This document shows, piece by piece, positions 1 through 8,060 of a stretch of 33,597 nucleotides of DNA (positions are counted from its first letter, which is position 1; each line of letters opens with the position of its first letter). The position numbers and the translations under genes are program-made. Source of the stretch: a virus (taxonomy: Duplodnaviria; Caudoviricetes). The notes under the pieces were generated by a model. That model was not told the DNA's origin. It was given only the letters and a program-made list of their open reading frames with translations, and did no database searches. The stretch lies in the IMG/VR virus record IMGVR_UViG_3300020043_005122, positions 1-33,597 of that record, one strand, 5' to 3'.

Positions 1-49
1 CTTCAAAGTGTTTAGATTTCTTTGAATAGTCAATGATTTTAACGTTCAT
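1..49 (-). CDS. 5' fragment of a gene running off the window (MNVKIIDYSKKSKHFE...); possibly a replicative helicase or loader by position
   Basis: ATG at 49-47 overlaps the TAA of the initiator-like gene (TAATG coupling) and the frame is open to the window edge. Function is inferred only from position. Confidence 0.4.
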   Translation of the reverse strand, partial: MNVKIIDYSKKSKHFE

Positions 50-663
50 TAATTACCTCCGTTCTTTTCCATCCACATTCTACGGGCGTAGTCTATTTCG
101 GATTCAGTAGATACTTCGGATTTGTATTTAACATTGTTTATTATGTCTTTACGTTCCCATGCTTCAATAGCTAATTTCCAACTAACGTACTTATTGCCCT
201 CAATAGAATATCTTAATGCAGCATCGTAATAATGTCTAAGTTTATCGGTTGACCATTCGCTAAATGTTTCTTTGAATTTGACTTTATCAAATAGTTCAGA
301 ATCTTGAAAATATATTTTGGGTGGTTTCTTACTATATTGTACTTTCTCTTTCCCTTCCTCTTTCTCTTGTAGGTTAGCCCCTGCCATACCCCCTACGCTA
401 CCCCCTGCCATAGGGTCTGCCATACTTAGAGGCTCTAAGGTTGTATCGCCTCGTTTTAGTCTTTGGTTGAAACCAAATATTTGTGCCTCTATTGAATGCT
501 TTTGTGAAATGTAGGCAAATTTAGCCATACCGCTAAGTTTAGTTTTTTGCCCCGTAAATTACTCTAAAATTAAAGCATCATAAAAAGCTAATCTGTTTTT
601 ATCGTCCAATTCTTTGGCTACTTCATAATAGCTTGCAAAGAAGTTAAAAGCCTTTCTTGACAT
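49..663 (-). pseudogene. Phage replication initiator (replisome organiser)-like gene interrupted by an in-frame TAA at 561-559
   Basis: From ATG 663 it reads MSRKAFNFFASYYEVAKELDDKNRLAFYDALILE*FTGQKTKLSG and continues in frame into the 159-aa ORF (49..528). Architecture is an N-domain, a repetitive linker with iterons, a charged EKEEGKEK tract and a C-domain ending W..AIEAWERK, typical of phage initiators. Confidence 0.65.
378..425. repeat. Four tandem 12-bp iteron-like repeats inside the initiator gene (candidate origin)
   Basis: CCCCTGCCATAC / CCCCTACGCTAC / CCCCTGCCATAG / GGTCTGCCATAC at a 12-bp period. Lambda O-type initiators carry ori iterons in the linker-coding region. Confidence 0.6.
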
Positions 664-665
664 AG

Positions 666-935
666 TTAAACCCTTTCACCTGAATTTAACTGCTCAAATA
701 TATCGTTTGCCCTTTCTAAGGTTGAGCAACTCCAAGCCCAAAACCCAAAAGCCTTATCGCTTGGGTAGCTTATGCAATTGAATTGCTTGTTTTCTTTTCG
801 TTTAAATACTTCGTAGTGGATACTTGAACCAGTATCAACTTTAAAAATGTATGCTAACTCACTTTTGTTTTGTAGGGTAAAGATAAACCCTTTTACTTGA
901 CCTCTGCCAATAAACTCTGTTTGTAATTCTTTCAT
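666..935 (-). CDS. Hypothetical phage protein (89 aa)
   Basis: ORF 666..971. The likely start is ATG 935 (MKELQTEF), since 971 lies inside an RNA hairpin. Confidence 0.7.
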   Translation of the reverse strand: MKELQTEFIGRGQVKGFIFTLQNKSELAYIFKVDTGSSIHYEVFKRKENKQFNCISYPSDKAFGFWAWSCSTLERANDIFEQLNSGERV

Positions 936-940
936 ATTAA

Positions 941-1036
941 AATAAAAAGCCCCAATGAGTAGTGCTTTCATCAGGGCTTTAGGTTGTTTGATAACCTCCG
1001 TTAATTCGGTGTAATAGGCACTACTCTAATACACCG
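941..1036 (-). promoter_or_regulatory. Structured leader / attenuator-like element: three hairpins, the last terminator-like
   Basis: Stems CGGTGTA/TACACCG (1007-1036), AGGTT/AACCT (981-997) and AAAGCCC/GGGCTTT (946-980), followed by a U-tract on the minus strand. 957-965 and 1018-1026 are 9-nt complements. Confidence 0.6.
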
Positions 1037-1044
1037 CTTCGATA

Positions 1045-1052
1045 CAAATTTA
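1045..1052 (-). promoter_or_regulatory. Bacteroidota-type -7 promoter box TAAATTTG
   Basis: Matches TAnnTTTG directly upstream of the structured leader. Confidence 0.55.
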
Positions 1053-1094
1053 CCTCACAAAAACAAATAGTCTTTTACAAGTTTTGCACAAAGA

Positions 1095-2108
1095 TTAAAA
1101 TAAACTAACTTGGGTTTGACTTAATTTAAATCGTTTAGTAGCTTCCTTAATGTTTAGTATAGCTTGTTTATAGTAGCTATCTTTTAACTCAATCCCGATT
1201 GCTTTACGACCCATTGAGATAGGGCTAAATACTTCGCTACCTACTCCCATAAACGGAGTTAATACAACCTCATTAGGATTTGAATATAATTCTACTAACC
1301 TATCAATAACATCCAATTGTAATGGGTGAACGTGTTTCTCATCATCTTCTTCTTTGGAATCTCTAAATGGTAAAACATTATCAATTCTAATGTCATCCCA
1401 AACGCTTGATGCGTAACGCTGCCAAATGTAATGGTTAAGTTTAGTTATCTTGCCTTCCTCATTAATCTTGTTTAGGTGCTCCCAAAGTTGTTCAGCATTT
1501 AAATTTGATTCATTGGCATTATTCCACGCATTTAAAATGTTTGGTAAAATTGGAGTTTCACCTGCATAATGATTAATTCCAAAAGGATGGGTAACGGGTA
1601 CTAAGTTTTCACCTTTCTTAGTAAATACAAGTACATAATCAGGCATTGCGGTAAAACATTTAGTAGAATCTTCGACTATAAATTTGTGCATTAAACTTTG
1701 AACCATAGTACGCATACGAACCTTTAAAGGCTCTTTCCAAATTGTTATTCTATTACGATATTCAAAACCATATTTAGTATGTAGCCTTATAATCTCGTTT
1801 GGAAAATCCCAAAGTCTACAAGTATTATCAAATACATCTGTGCAATGAACCGCCGTAATTCTACCTGGCTTAGTAACTCGTGAAATTTCAGAAATCAAAA
1901 ATTCATATTGTAATAAAAATTGTTCTTTTGATTCACAATTACTAAAATCATTTGGACTACTTGAATAATTGTAAAGACCTGCAAATGGTGGTGAATAAAC
2001 TGATAAATCGATGCTTTCACTTGGTAATGTAGGCATAACTAACATGCAATCTGAATTATAAATTGCGTAGTTTTCTGTAATTAGTTGCTCTTTAACTTGA
2101 TTTTCCAT
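1095..2108 (-). CDS. DNA methyltransferase, N4-cytosine/N6-adenine family (beta-type motif order)
   Basis: Catalytic SPPF motif near the N-terminus. C-terminal HPLQLDVIDRLVELYSNPNEVVLTPFMGVGS contains the FxGxG SAM-binding motif, followed by GIEL. Confidence 0.9.
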   Translation of the reverse strand: MENQVKEQLITENYAIYNSDCMLVMPTLPSESIDLSVYSPPFAGLYNYSSSPNDFSNCESKEQFLLQYEFLISEISRVTKPGRITAVHCTDVFDNTCRLWDFPNEIIRLHTKYGFEYRNRITIWKEPLKVRMRTMVQSLMHKFIVEDSTKCFTAMPDYVLVFTKKGENLVPVTHPFGINHYAGETPILPNILNAWNNANESNLNAEQLWEHLNKINEEGKITKLNHYIWQRYASSVWDDIRIDNVLPFRDSKEEDDEKHVHPLQLDVIDRLVELYSNPNEVVLTPFMGVGSEVFSPISMGRKAIGIELKDSYYKQAILNIKEATKRFKLSQTQVSLF

Positions 2109-2112
2109 GTTG

Positions 2113-3477
2113 TTAAATAAAATTTGGTTTGATAATTTGTTTGTTAAATTCTTTATTTATATGAGTAAATGAACTGTTAACTGACTTAGTCAAATTTTCA
2201 TATAATTGTATTGCTTTTTGTGTTTTTTGCTCAAGTGTTTCTATTACTCTTGTTTGACCATCCGAAATAACCATATCAATAGTTACATCATTTTGTTGAC
2301 CAAATCGCCAAAACCTACGAATAGCTTGATAGTATTGTTCATATGACCATGTAGGAAAAAAAACAGAATGATTGCAATGTTGCCAATTTAAACCCATACC
2401 AGTCATTTTAGCTTTTGTAATTAAACGTTTTATATCTCCATTGGCAAATGCGTATAATATTTCTTCTTTTTTTTCAATTGACTGACTACCTATAATTTCA
2501 ACAGCTTCTTTATCTAAATTTTTTAATATTGAACTTTCATTATTTGTATTACACCAATAAACAGAAGTTTTATATTCAGCTAATTTAACTGCTTTTTCAC
2601 ATCTTTTTTGTTCTGTTTGTTTTTGTTCGTGCCTAACTTCATGAAAACTTTTAGCTTCAATATTAAATAATTGCATTTGATTATTTATAATAATATCATT
2701 GTCATTTTTAACAATATGCTTATTAACAATCAATTCGGGTAAATTATATCTATTATTTGAAAATCCTAAATCAGATGGCATTTTAACCATTAAAGCCCAT
2801 TGATTAACCCATGCAAAAAAATCATTTTCAGCGTGCGGCTTTAAATACCATTTTTCGCCAGCGTGTTTGGGGTCAATTGAATCGTTATTATTTTTAAAAA
2901 ACTTACCTAACATATCCATGTAACCCATATAACCCAATGCTTCGGAACTTGTGCCTAATTCTATAAAATCATTTGGAGATGGTGTTGCTGTGCTTAAAAA
3001 TCTGTAAGGTATTTTTTTTATAAAAGCTGTTATTTGATTTTTAATTTTACCGTCAAAGTTTTTTAATATCGAACTTTCATCTAAAATAACGCCTTCAAAA
3101 TCTTTTGAGTCAAGATAGTGCAAACGTTCATAATTACAAATAACTATCTTTTTAGTGTGTTCTCCTTTAATTGTTTGCTGTATGTCATCAATGCCAATTT
3201 TAGCAGCTTCTTTTAAAAATTGAAAACCAACTGCTAAAGGAGTTAATATTAAAACTTTTTTATTAGTGTGGTTTAAAATGTTTTGAGCTATACTAAGCTG
3301 CATTAAAGTTTTACCTAAACCAGTATCAGCAAATATAGCCATTCGCCCCTTTCGGACTGCTTTTTCAATAATGTGTTTTTGAAAATCAAAAGCTATTTCA
3401 GGATAAAAATTTGGCTCAAAACCAAACTCACCTAATAAGTGCTTTTTCTTTTCTAAAAATTCTAAATAGTTTGTCAT
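2113..3477 (-). CDS. SF2 (SNF2-like) helicase/ATPase
   Basis: Walker A DTGLGKT, Walker B LDESS, motif III STATP, GLN motif V and motif VI QAIRRFWRFGQ. Start is ATG 3477 or TTG 3483. Confidence 0.88.
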   Translation of the reverse strand: MTNYLEFLEKKKHLLGEFGFEPNFYPEIAFDFQKHIIEKAVRKGRMAIFADTGLGKTLMQLSIAQNILNHTNKKVLILTPLAVGFQFLKEAAKIGIDDIQQTIKGEHTKKIVICNYERLHYLDSKDFEGVILDESSILKNFDGKIKNQITAFIKKIPYRFLSTATPSPNDFIELGTSSEALGYMGYMDMLGKFFKNNNDSIDPKHAGEKWYLKPHAENDFFAWVNQWALMVKMPSDLGFSNNRYNLPELIVNKHIVKNDNDIIINNQMQLFNIEAKSFHEVRHEQKQTEQKRCEKAVKLAEYKTSVYWCNTNNESSILKNLDKEAVEIIGSQSIEKKEEILYAFANGDIKRLITKAKMTGMGLNWQHCNHSVFFPTWSYEQYYQAIRRFWRFGQQNDVTIDMVISDGQTRVIETLEQKTQKAIQLYENLTKSVNSSFTHINKEFNKQIIKPNFI

Positions 3478-3479
3478 TT

Positions 3480-4991
3480 TCAATGTTTTTTAGTTTTATA
3501 AAATTCGTTCCATTTTCTAAGCACAGCAGCTTTCAAGTCATCGCGGTTTATAGCGTTCAATCCGTGTTTATTGTTTATGTATTCAATACTATTAGTTTCT
3601 TTTAAAACCCTACTTTCAAATACAAAATAAACCCATTTATCTTTGTGGCCGCGCTGAATTTTTAACTGCCATAAGTCTTCAAGTGTTCGGCTTTTTGCCT
3701 GCTCAGTACGTTTAATTTTCAATAGTTCATCTAAGGTTGTATCATCTTTTACTGCAACGCCTGCAACCTGTTCAATTTCATTTACCTTTATAGGCTCAAC
3801 AAAACCGCAATAAGGGCATGCAGCGTGTGTTTTTTCATAAGTCCTAAAGCATTCTGTACAATCTTTGTATTCATTATCTATCTGTTCATCTGTATCTTTT
3901 CGTTTTCGCTTTTGCATCCCTTCTAATGTCCATTCCCGTGTCATTAGTGGATGCCCGTGTAGTTTTTGATTCCCAACGTGGTCAAGTATTAAACAGCGGT
4001 CTTTGCCTGCCATCGGTCTTAATCCGCGCCCTACTATCTGTAAATATAAACTAAGCGACATTGTGCGGCGTAACATGCCTACAACGCTAACCGCTGGTAT
4101 ATCTGTGCCTTCACTTATCAAATCGCAAAACGTAACTACATGTAAACTGCGATTAGCCAAACCTTCAAACGCTTTTTTTATTTCAGCATCTTCTAAGTTT
4201 CCATTTATAGAAACAGCTTTAAAACCTGCAGCATTAAACGCCGCCGCTACATTTTCTGAATGCTTAATATTTACACATGAATAGATAGCAGGTTCAAATG
4301 GTGCTAAACGTTTATATTCATCTACTGCATTGCCTGTTATCGCTGGTTTGTCCATTTCCTTAAATAGTTCATCCGATTTATATTCGCCGTTCCTATCTTT
4401 TTTAATCTTTGTAAAATCCGCCAACGGTTTAAAGTTATAATATTCAGGCATTACAAGGTTACCAATTTTAACCAACTCAGCAGGTAACGGCCCTAATACT
4501 AAATCAGAAAACACATCGCCTAAGCCTTGCCCATCGCCGCGCCACGGAGTAGCAGTAACCCCCAAAACATAAACAGAATCCGCGTAAAAATCCAAAATGT
4601 CTTTCCATGTTCCCGCGTTTGCGTGGTGCGCTTCATCAATAATTAACAGGTCGGGCGTTGGTACTTCGCTAAGTCTATTTTTAAGGCTTTGAACGCTGCA
4701 AACTTGCGCAGGTAAATAATACTGTTTAGGTCTATTGCCTGCTATAAATCCATGCTTTAAACCGTATCGCCTGCAACGTTCTGATATTTGATTCACTAAG
4801 TTTTTTTTATGCACTAAAAAATACACGCGCTTACCTTTACTAATTGATTCTAAAGCCATATAAATAAATGTTTCAGTTTTGCCGCCGCCCGTTGGTAACA
4901 CGAATAGCACTTTTTTATTCCCGCTTTTATAACTATCTCTTATGTCGCTTACGCTTTTCGATTGATATGCTCTTAGCTGTATTGTGTTCAT
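3480..4991 (-). CDS. SF2 DEAH-box helicase (ResIII/SSL2-like) with C-terminal zinc finger
   Basis: Q-motif LRAYQ, PTGGGKT, DEAHH, TATP, EGTDIP, QIVGRGLR, and CTEC...CPYC. Confidence 0.92.
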   Translation of the reverse strand: MNTIQLRAYQSKSVSDIRDSYKSGNKKVLFVLPTGGGKTETFIYMALESISKGKRVYFLVHKKNLVNQISERCRRYGLKHGFIAGNRPKQYYLPAQVCSVQSLKNRLSEVPTPDLLIIDEAHHANAGTWKDILDFYADSVYVLGVTATPWRGDGQGLGDVFSDLVLGPLPAELVKIGNLVMPEYYNFKPLADFTKIKKDRNGEYKSDELFKEMDKPAITGNAVDEYKRLAPFEPAIYSCVNIKHSENVAAAFNAAGFKAVSINGNLEDAEIKKAFEGLANRSLHVVTFCDLISEGTDIPAVSVVGMLRRTMSLSLYLQIVGRGLRPMAGKDRCLILDHVGNQKLHGHPLMTREWTLEGMQKRKRKDTDEQIDNEYKDCTECFRTYEKTHAACPYCGFVEPIKVNEIEQVAGVAVKDDTTLDELLKIKRTEQAKSRTLEDLWQLKIQRGHKDKWVYFVFESRVLKETNSIEYINNKHGLNAINRDDLKAAVLRKWNEFYKTKKH

Positions 4992-5163
4992 TTTCCAAGT
5001 CGTTTAAAACATTCATAAGTTTAAAATAAATAACCAATGTTTGCGGTTCTACGGTTTTCCAATGTTCCAAGGTTTGCCGCCCTACTTCGGCACGCCTGCA
5101 TAATTCCGAAATACTGATGCCTAACATGTCGCATCGAATTGATAAATTTTCAAATGTTTTCAT
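4933..5163 (-). CDS. Cro/XRE-like helix-turn-helix regulator
   Basis: 76 aa with HTH pattern GISISELCRRAEVGRQTLEHWK. First gene after the divergent promoter; overlaps the helicase start. Confidence 0.7.
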   Translation of the reverse strand: MKTFENLSIRCDMLGISISELCRRAEVGRQTLEHWKTVEPQTLVIYFKLMNVLNDLENEHNTAKSISIEKRKRHKR

Positions 5164-5185
5164 ATTTTTTTGTTTAAATGTGTTG

Positions 5186-5212
5186 CAAAGTTAAAAACCT
5201 TTTTTAAATTTG
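5186..5212. promoter_or_regulatory. Back-to-back divergent Bacteroidota-type promoters
   Basis: TAACTTTG on minus (5193-5186) and TAAATTTG on plus (5205-5212), lying between divergent genes. Confidence 0.7.
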
Positions 5213-5244
5213 TGCTATTATTTAATAAAATATTTTAAAAATTT

Positions 5245-5997
5245 ATGACAAACCAAGAGTATCACAGAAAAACTGACTTCATTAGCAAGTCACTTTTAGA
5301 CTTAGTACATAAGTCACCAGCGCACTACAAAGCCTATATAGAAGGCGAAAAGCAAGCGCCAACATCAGCCATGAATTTAGGTAGCTTAGTTCATAGTGTT
5401 GTATTTAACCAGGATAATTACGCTGTATTGCCCGAATGCGACCGCCGCACAAAAGAAGGTAAATTGATTTATGATTCTTTTATAGCTGATAATGAAGACA
5501 AAGAATTATTCGTATCGCTTAAAGATTATGAATTAGCCGTAAACATTCGAAACGCTGTATTAGCACATCCAAAGGCGGCGTTACTTTTAGAACAAGGACA
5601 AGGGGAACTACCTATATTCGGTAAAATCGCAGAACTTGACGCTAAGTGCAAAGTCGATTTTCTAAACACTAAGTATAACGTTTGCATCGACCTTAAAACA
5701 ACGGCGAACTCAGCACCACACGAATTTGCCAAAAGCATCTATAATTACCGTTATCATGTCCAAGCTGCGTTTTATATGGACTTAACCAAGGCTGAACGCT
5801 TTATATTTATAGCTGTAGAAAAAGAAGCGCCGTTTAATGTAGAATTGTACGAATTAGATAATGATGCTATCGAACGCGGGCGACAAGAATATTTAGCCGA
5901 TATTGAAACGCTTAAAAAATGCAAGGAAACTAATAATTTTCACGGCTATACAACAGATAACAAAATACATATTATTTCACTGCCTACATGGGCTTAA
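5245..5997 (+). CDS. RecE-like (exonuclease VIII / DUF3799-type) PD-(D/E)XK exonuclease
   Basis: YH....ISKS.L, SPAHY, GSLVH, KCKVD, IDLKTT, Y.YHVQAAFY and FIFIAVEKEAP motifs; adjacent to an annealase. Confidence 0.88.
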   Translation: MTNQEYHRKTDFISKSLLDLVHKSPAHYKAYIEGEKQAPTSAMNLGSLVHSVVFNQDNYAVLPECDRRTKEGKLIYDSFIADNEDKELFVSLKDYELAVNIRNAVLAHPKAALLLEQGQGELPIFGKIAELDAKCKVDFLNTKYNVCIDLKTTANSAPHEFAKSIYNYRYHVQAAFYMDLTKAERFIFIAVEKEAPFNVELYELDNDAIERGRQEYLADIETLKKCKETNNFHGYTTDNKIHIISLPTWA

Positions 5998-6009
5998 TAA
6001 CTTCAAACC

Positions 6010-6543
6010 ATGCAACAATTAACAAAACTGCCAACACTTCAGGAACTATTAGTAGAAAATGAAGACAGCCTAAAGCAAAACGCGCTAACTGTATTATTGA
6101 ATCAAGACCCGCCCGCAAAGTGGTTAGTTCAACATCCAATGATTCGCGATTATAGATATATCCCTATTGAAAAAATAGAATATCTTTTAACGCGTATCTT
6201 TGGCAATTGGAACGTAGAAATACGCGGAACACAGATAGTAGCTAACTCAGTAGTTGTAACGGTCCGTTTACATGTAAATAACCCGATAAGCGGCGAACCA
6301 ATGTGGCAGGATGGCATAGGTGCTGCACCGATACAAACTGATAAGGGCGCAGGCGCTACCGACTGGAATGCCGTTAAAACCGATGGCGTGCAAAAAGCTG
6401 CACCCGCTGCCGAAACATACGCCGTTAAAGATGCTGCCGAAAAGTTCGGTAAAATATTCGGGCGTGATGTTAGCCGTAAAGGTTCAATGAATTATACTGA
6501 TTTGCTGAAAAAATCAGCGTTTAATGATGAATTAGAAAAATAA
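6010..6543 (+). CDS. Rad52/Sak-like single-strand annealing protein
   Basis: YIPIEKIEYLLTRIFGNW, VVVTVRLHV, DGIGA and AAETYAVKDAAEKFG.IFGRD fit the Rad52/22 fold pattern; paired with the exonuclease. Confidence 0.75.
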   Translation: MQQLTKLPTLQELLVENEDSLKQNALTVLLNQDPPAKWLVQHPMIRDYRYIPIEKIEYLLTRIFGNWNVEIRGTQIVANSVVVTVRLHVNNPISGEPMWQDGIGAAPIQTDKGAGATDWNAVKTDGVQKAAPAAETYAVKDAAEKFGKIFGRDVSRKGSMNYTDLLKKSAFNDELEK

Positions 6544-6552
6544 AAGTAATTG

Positions 6553-6579
6553 AAACCCTGCAAAAATGTAGGGTTTTTT
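6553..6579 (+). terminator. Rho-independent terminator
   Basis: AAACCCTGCA-AAAA-TGTAGGGTTT followed by a T-run. Confidence 0.8.
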
Positions 6580-6589
6580 ATTTATAACC

Positions 6590-6620
6590 TTTGAAATATA
6601 AATATAAAATACTATCTTTG
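6590..6620 (+). promoter_or_regulatory. Bacteroidota sigma-A promoter TTTG-N19-TATCTTTG
   Basis: -33 TTTG at 6590-93, 19-nt spacer, -7 TATCTTTG at 6613-20. Confidence 0.75.
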
Positions 6621-6648
6621 TAGTATTAACAATTAAAATTTATATTTT

Positions 6649-7341
6649 ATGAAATCAAATGTAATTATGCAATCAAAAGACCGTGAACTTTTTGGCATCA
6701 CAATTAAACAAGAAACAAAAACAGGATTTTTATCAGTTACGGCATTACAAAAAGCCTATGAAGCTGCAAGATGGGAATATGGTTGGTCTGAAAGGTCATT
6801 AACTTGGATTATGCAAACACAAGATTTTAAAGAACGTGTTTATTATTTGCTTGAAAATCAAGGTTACATAAACGAGTCAATTAACTCTTTTATAGAACGG
6901 ATAAATGAAATGGGAATTGCAAAATTATTAAAGTCACTTAATGTATATAAAACAACAGGAGCAAGACATACAAAAGAAGTTATGTGCAATCCTTATATAT
7001 GGGTTTTATTAGCAATGGAATTAAATCCAATGATTTATGCTAAAGTTGTTATTTGGTTAACAGATAGCCTAATATTTGACCGTATTGAAGCTGGTACTGA
7101 ATATAGACCTATGAATGATGCTATTAAAAAAATTATACCTAATGCTGAATTTTATAAATATGCTATGGCTATAAATGAACGTGTTTTTGAAAAACATTTT
7201 GCAGGCATGAGAAATTTAGCATCTGCAAATGAACTTAAAAAAATTACAAAGATTGAGCAGTTTATTACACAGGGCATTGATTTAGGAATGATTAAAAATG
7301 AAGCTCAGATTCTTTATACTATTAAAACACTTAATTTATGA
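6649..7341 (+). CDS. KilA-N domain DNA-binding protein
   Basis: N-terminal IKQETKTGFLSVTAL, KTTGAR...V.CNPYIWVLLAMELNP pattern, and C-terminal RN.AS..EL.KI..IE tail. Confidence 0.75.
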   Translation: MKSNVIMQSKDRELFGITIKQETKTGFLSVTALQKAYEAARWEYGWSERSLTWIMQTQDFKERVYYLLENQGYINESINSFIERINEMGIAKLLKSLNVYKTTGARHTKEVMCNPYIWVLLAMELNPMIYAKVVIWLTDSLIFDRIEAGTEYRPMNDAIKKIIPNAEFYKYAMAINERVFEKHFAGMRNLASANELKKITKIEQFITQGIDLGMIKNEAQILYTIKTLNL

Positions 7342-7607
7342 AATTACTTCAAATTTTTAAACGCAATCTTTGCCAAGACTACATTATGATTGATGATTCT
7401 GACTATGATAAATGCCTAAACCACCGTTGGCATATTAAAAAAAACAGAATTATTACTAATACTGGCATGTTATTACATCATTTGCTTTTTCCGCTTAAAA
7501 ACCATGATTTAAAGTACACTATGACGTTTTTAGATGGCAATCATTTAAACTATCAAAAATCAAATATTGAATTTTCACATCGAAAAGTTTTAAAATCTGA
7601 AAACTAA
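7338..7607 (+). CDS. Degenerate HNH endonuclease-like protein
   Basis: IDDSDYDK....RW..LHHLL...TFLDGNHLNYQKSNI resembles the D-H-I-N-G-N-x-L-D-N-R-x-x-N-L motif of phage HNH proteins, but the first His is absent. Confidence 0.55.
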   Translation: MKLLQIFKRNLCQDYIMIDDSDYDKCLNHRWHIKKNRIITNTGMLLHHLLFPLKNHDLKYTMTFLDGNHLNYQKSNIEFSHRKVLKSEN

Positions 7608-7611
7608 TACT

Positions 7612-7619
7612 TACTTTTG
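7612..7619 (+). promoter_or_regulatory. Bacteroidota-type -7 box TACTTTTG
   Basis: TAnnTTTG followed by C, just upstream of a short hairpin/terminator unit. Confidence 0.5.
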
Positions 7620-7640
7620 CCTTAACTGCGGTTTGCCGCT

Positions 7641-7672
7641 AACCGCTGTTCAACAAGTTCAGCGGTTTTTTT
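7641..7672 (+). terminator. Rho-independent terminator
   Basis: AACCGCTG / CAGCGGTT stem followed by a T-run. Confidence 0.75.
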
Positions 7673-7680
7673 ATTTGAAA

Positions 7681-7908
7681 TGTTAACACAGGTTACACAG
7701 CATGTAACGCCTAAACGTTTGATTCTTAACGTTGTTACGCTGTTAACGCCCGTTACGGTGTTTTTATCACACACAACGCATGCATACACATGCGTAGTTA
7801 AACTTAAAAAAATTATGTGCGTAGAATATAGCGTAACAGGTGTAAACATGTAACATACTATGATTATCAATACTTTATATGTTACACTTAATGTAACAAC
7901 TGTTAACA
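7681..7908. repeat. Dyad-symmetric array of 12 GTTAC/GTAAC/GTTAAC-type boxes with two IHF consensus sites (candidate origin or packaging site)
   Basis: Six boxes per arm, mirrored about ~7794.5. WATCAANNNNTTR occurs at 7724-7712 (minus) and 7865-7877 (plus). An almost pure A/T tract follows at 7909-7965. Confidence 0.75.
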
Positions 7909-8060
7909 ATAATAATATAAATAATAAATAATATAAAATAATAAATAAACTTTAATATATATATAGTCCTAAAACAAACAAAAACGGTGTTTTAAGGCAT
8001 TTTTATATTAAAGTGGTGTGTATGTATCAAAACTTATTAAAAGTTTCTTAAAACGAAAAT

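Noticed and set aside
559-561. Stop-codon reassignment as the explanation for the internal TAA (or the TGA in TMP)
   Set aside because: TAA, TAG and TGA all terminate well-defined genes here, often in coupled overlaps. Reading through TGA 15338 would not bridge the insert, because the TMP frame has another stop at TAG 15863.
7681-7908. CRISPR-like mini-array
   Set aside because: The repeats are only 5-8 bp, in both orientations, with short irregular spacers; no cas genes are present.
7622-7909. 95-aa minus-strand ORF (MLTVVTLSVT...)
   Set aside because: Its repeated VT/VN residues are simply the translation of the GTTAC/GTAAC boxes; best read as non-coding.
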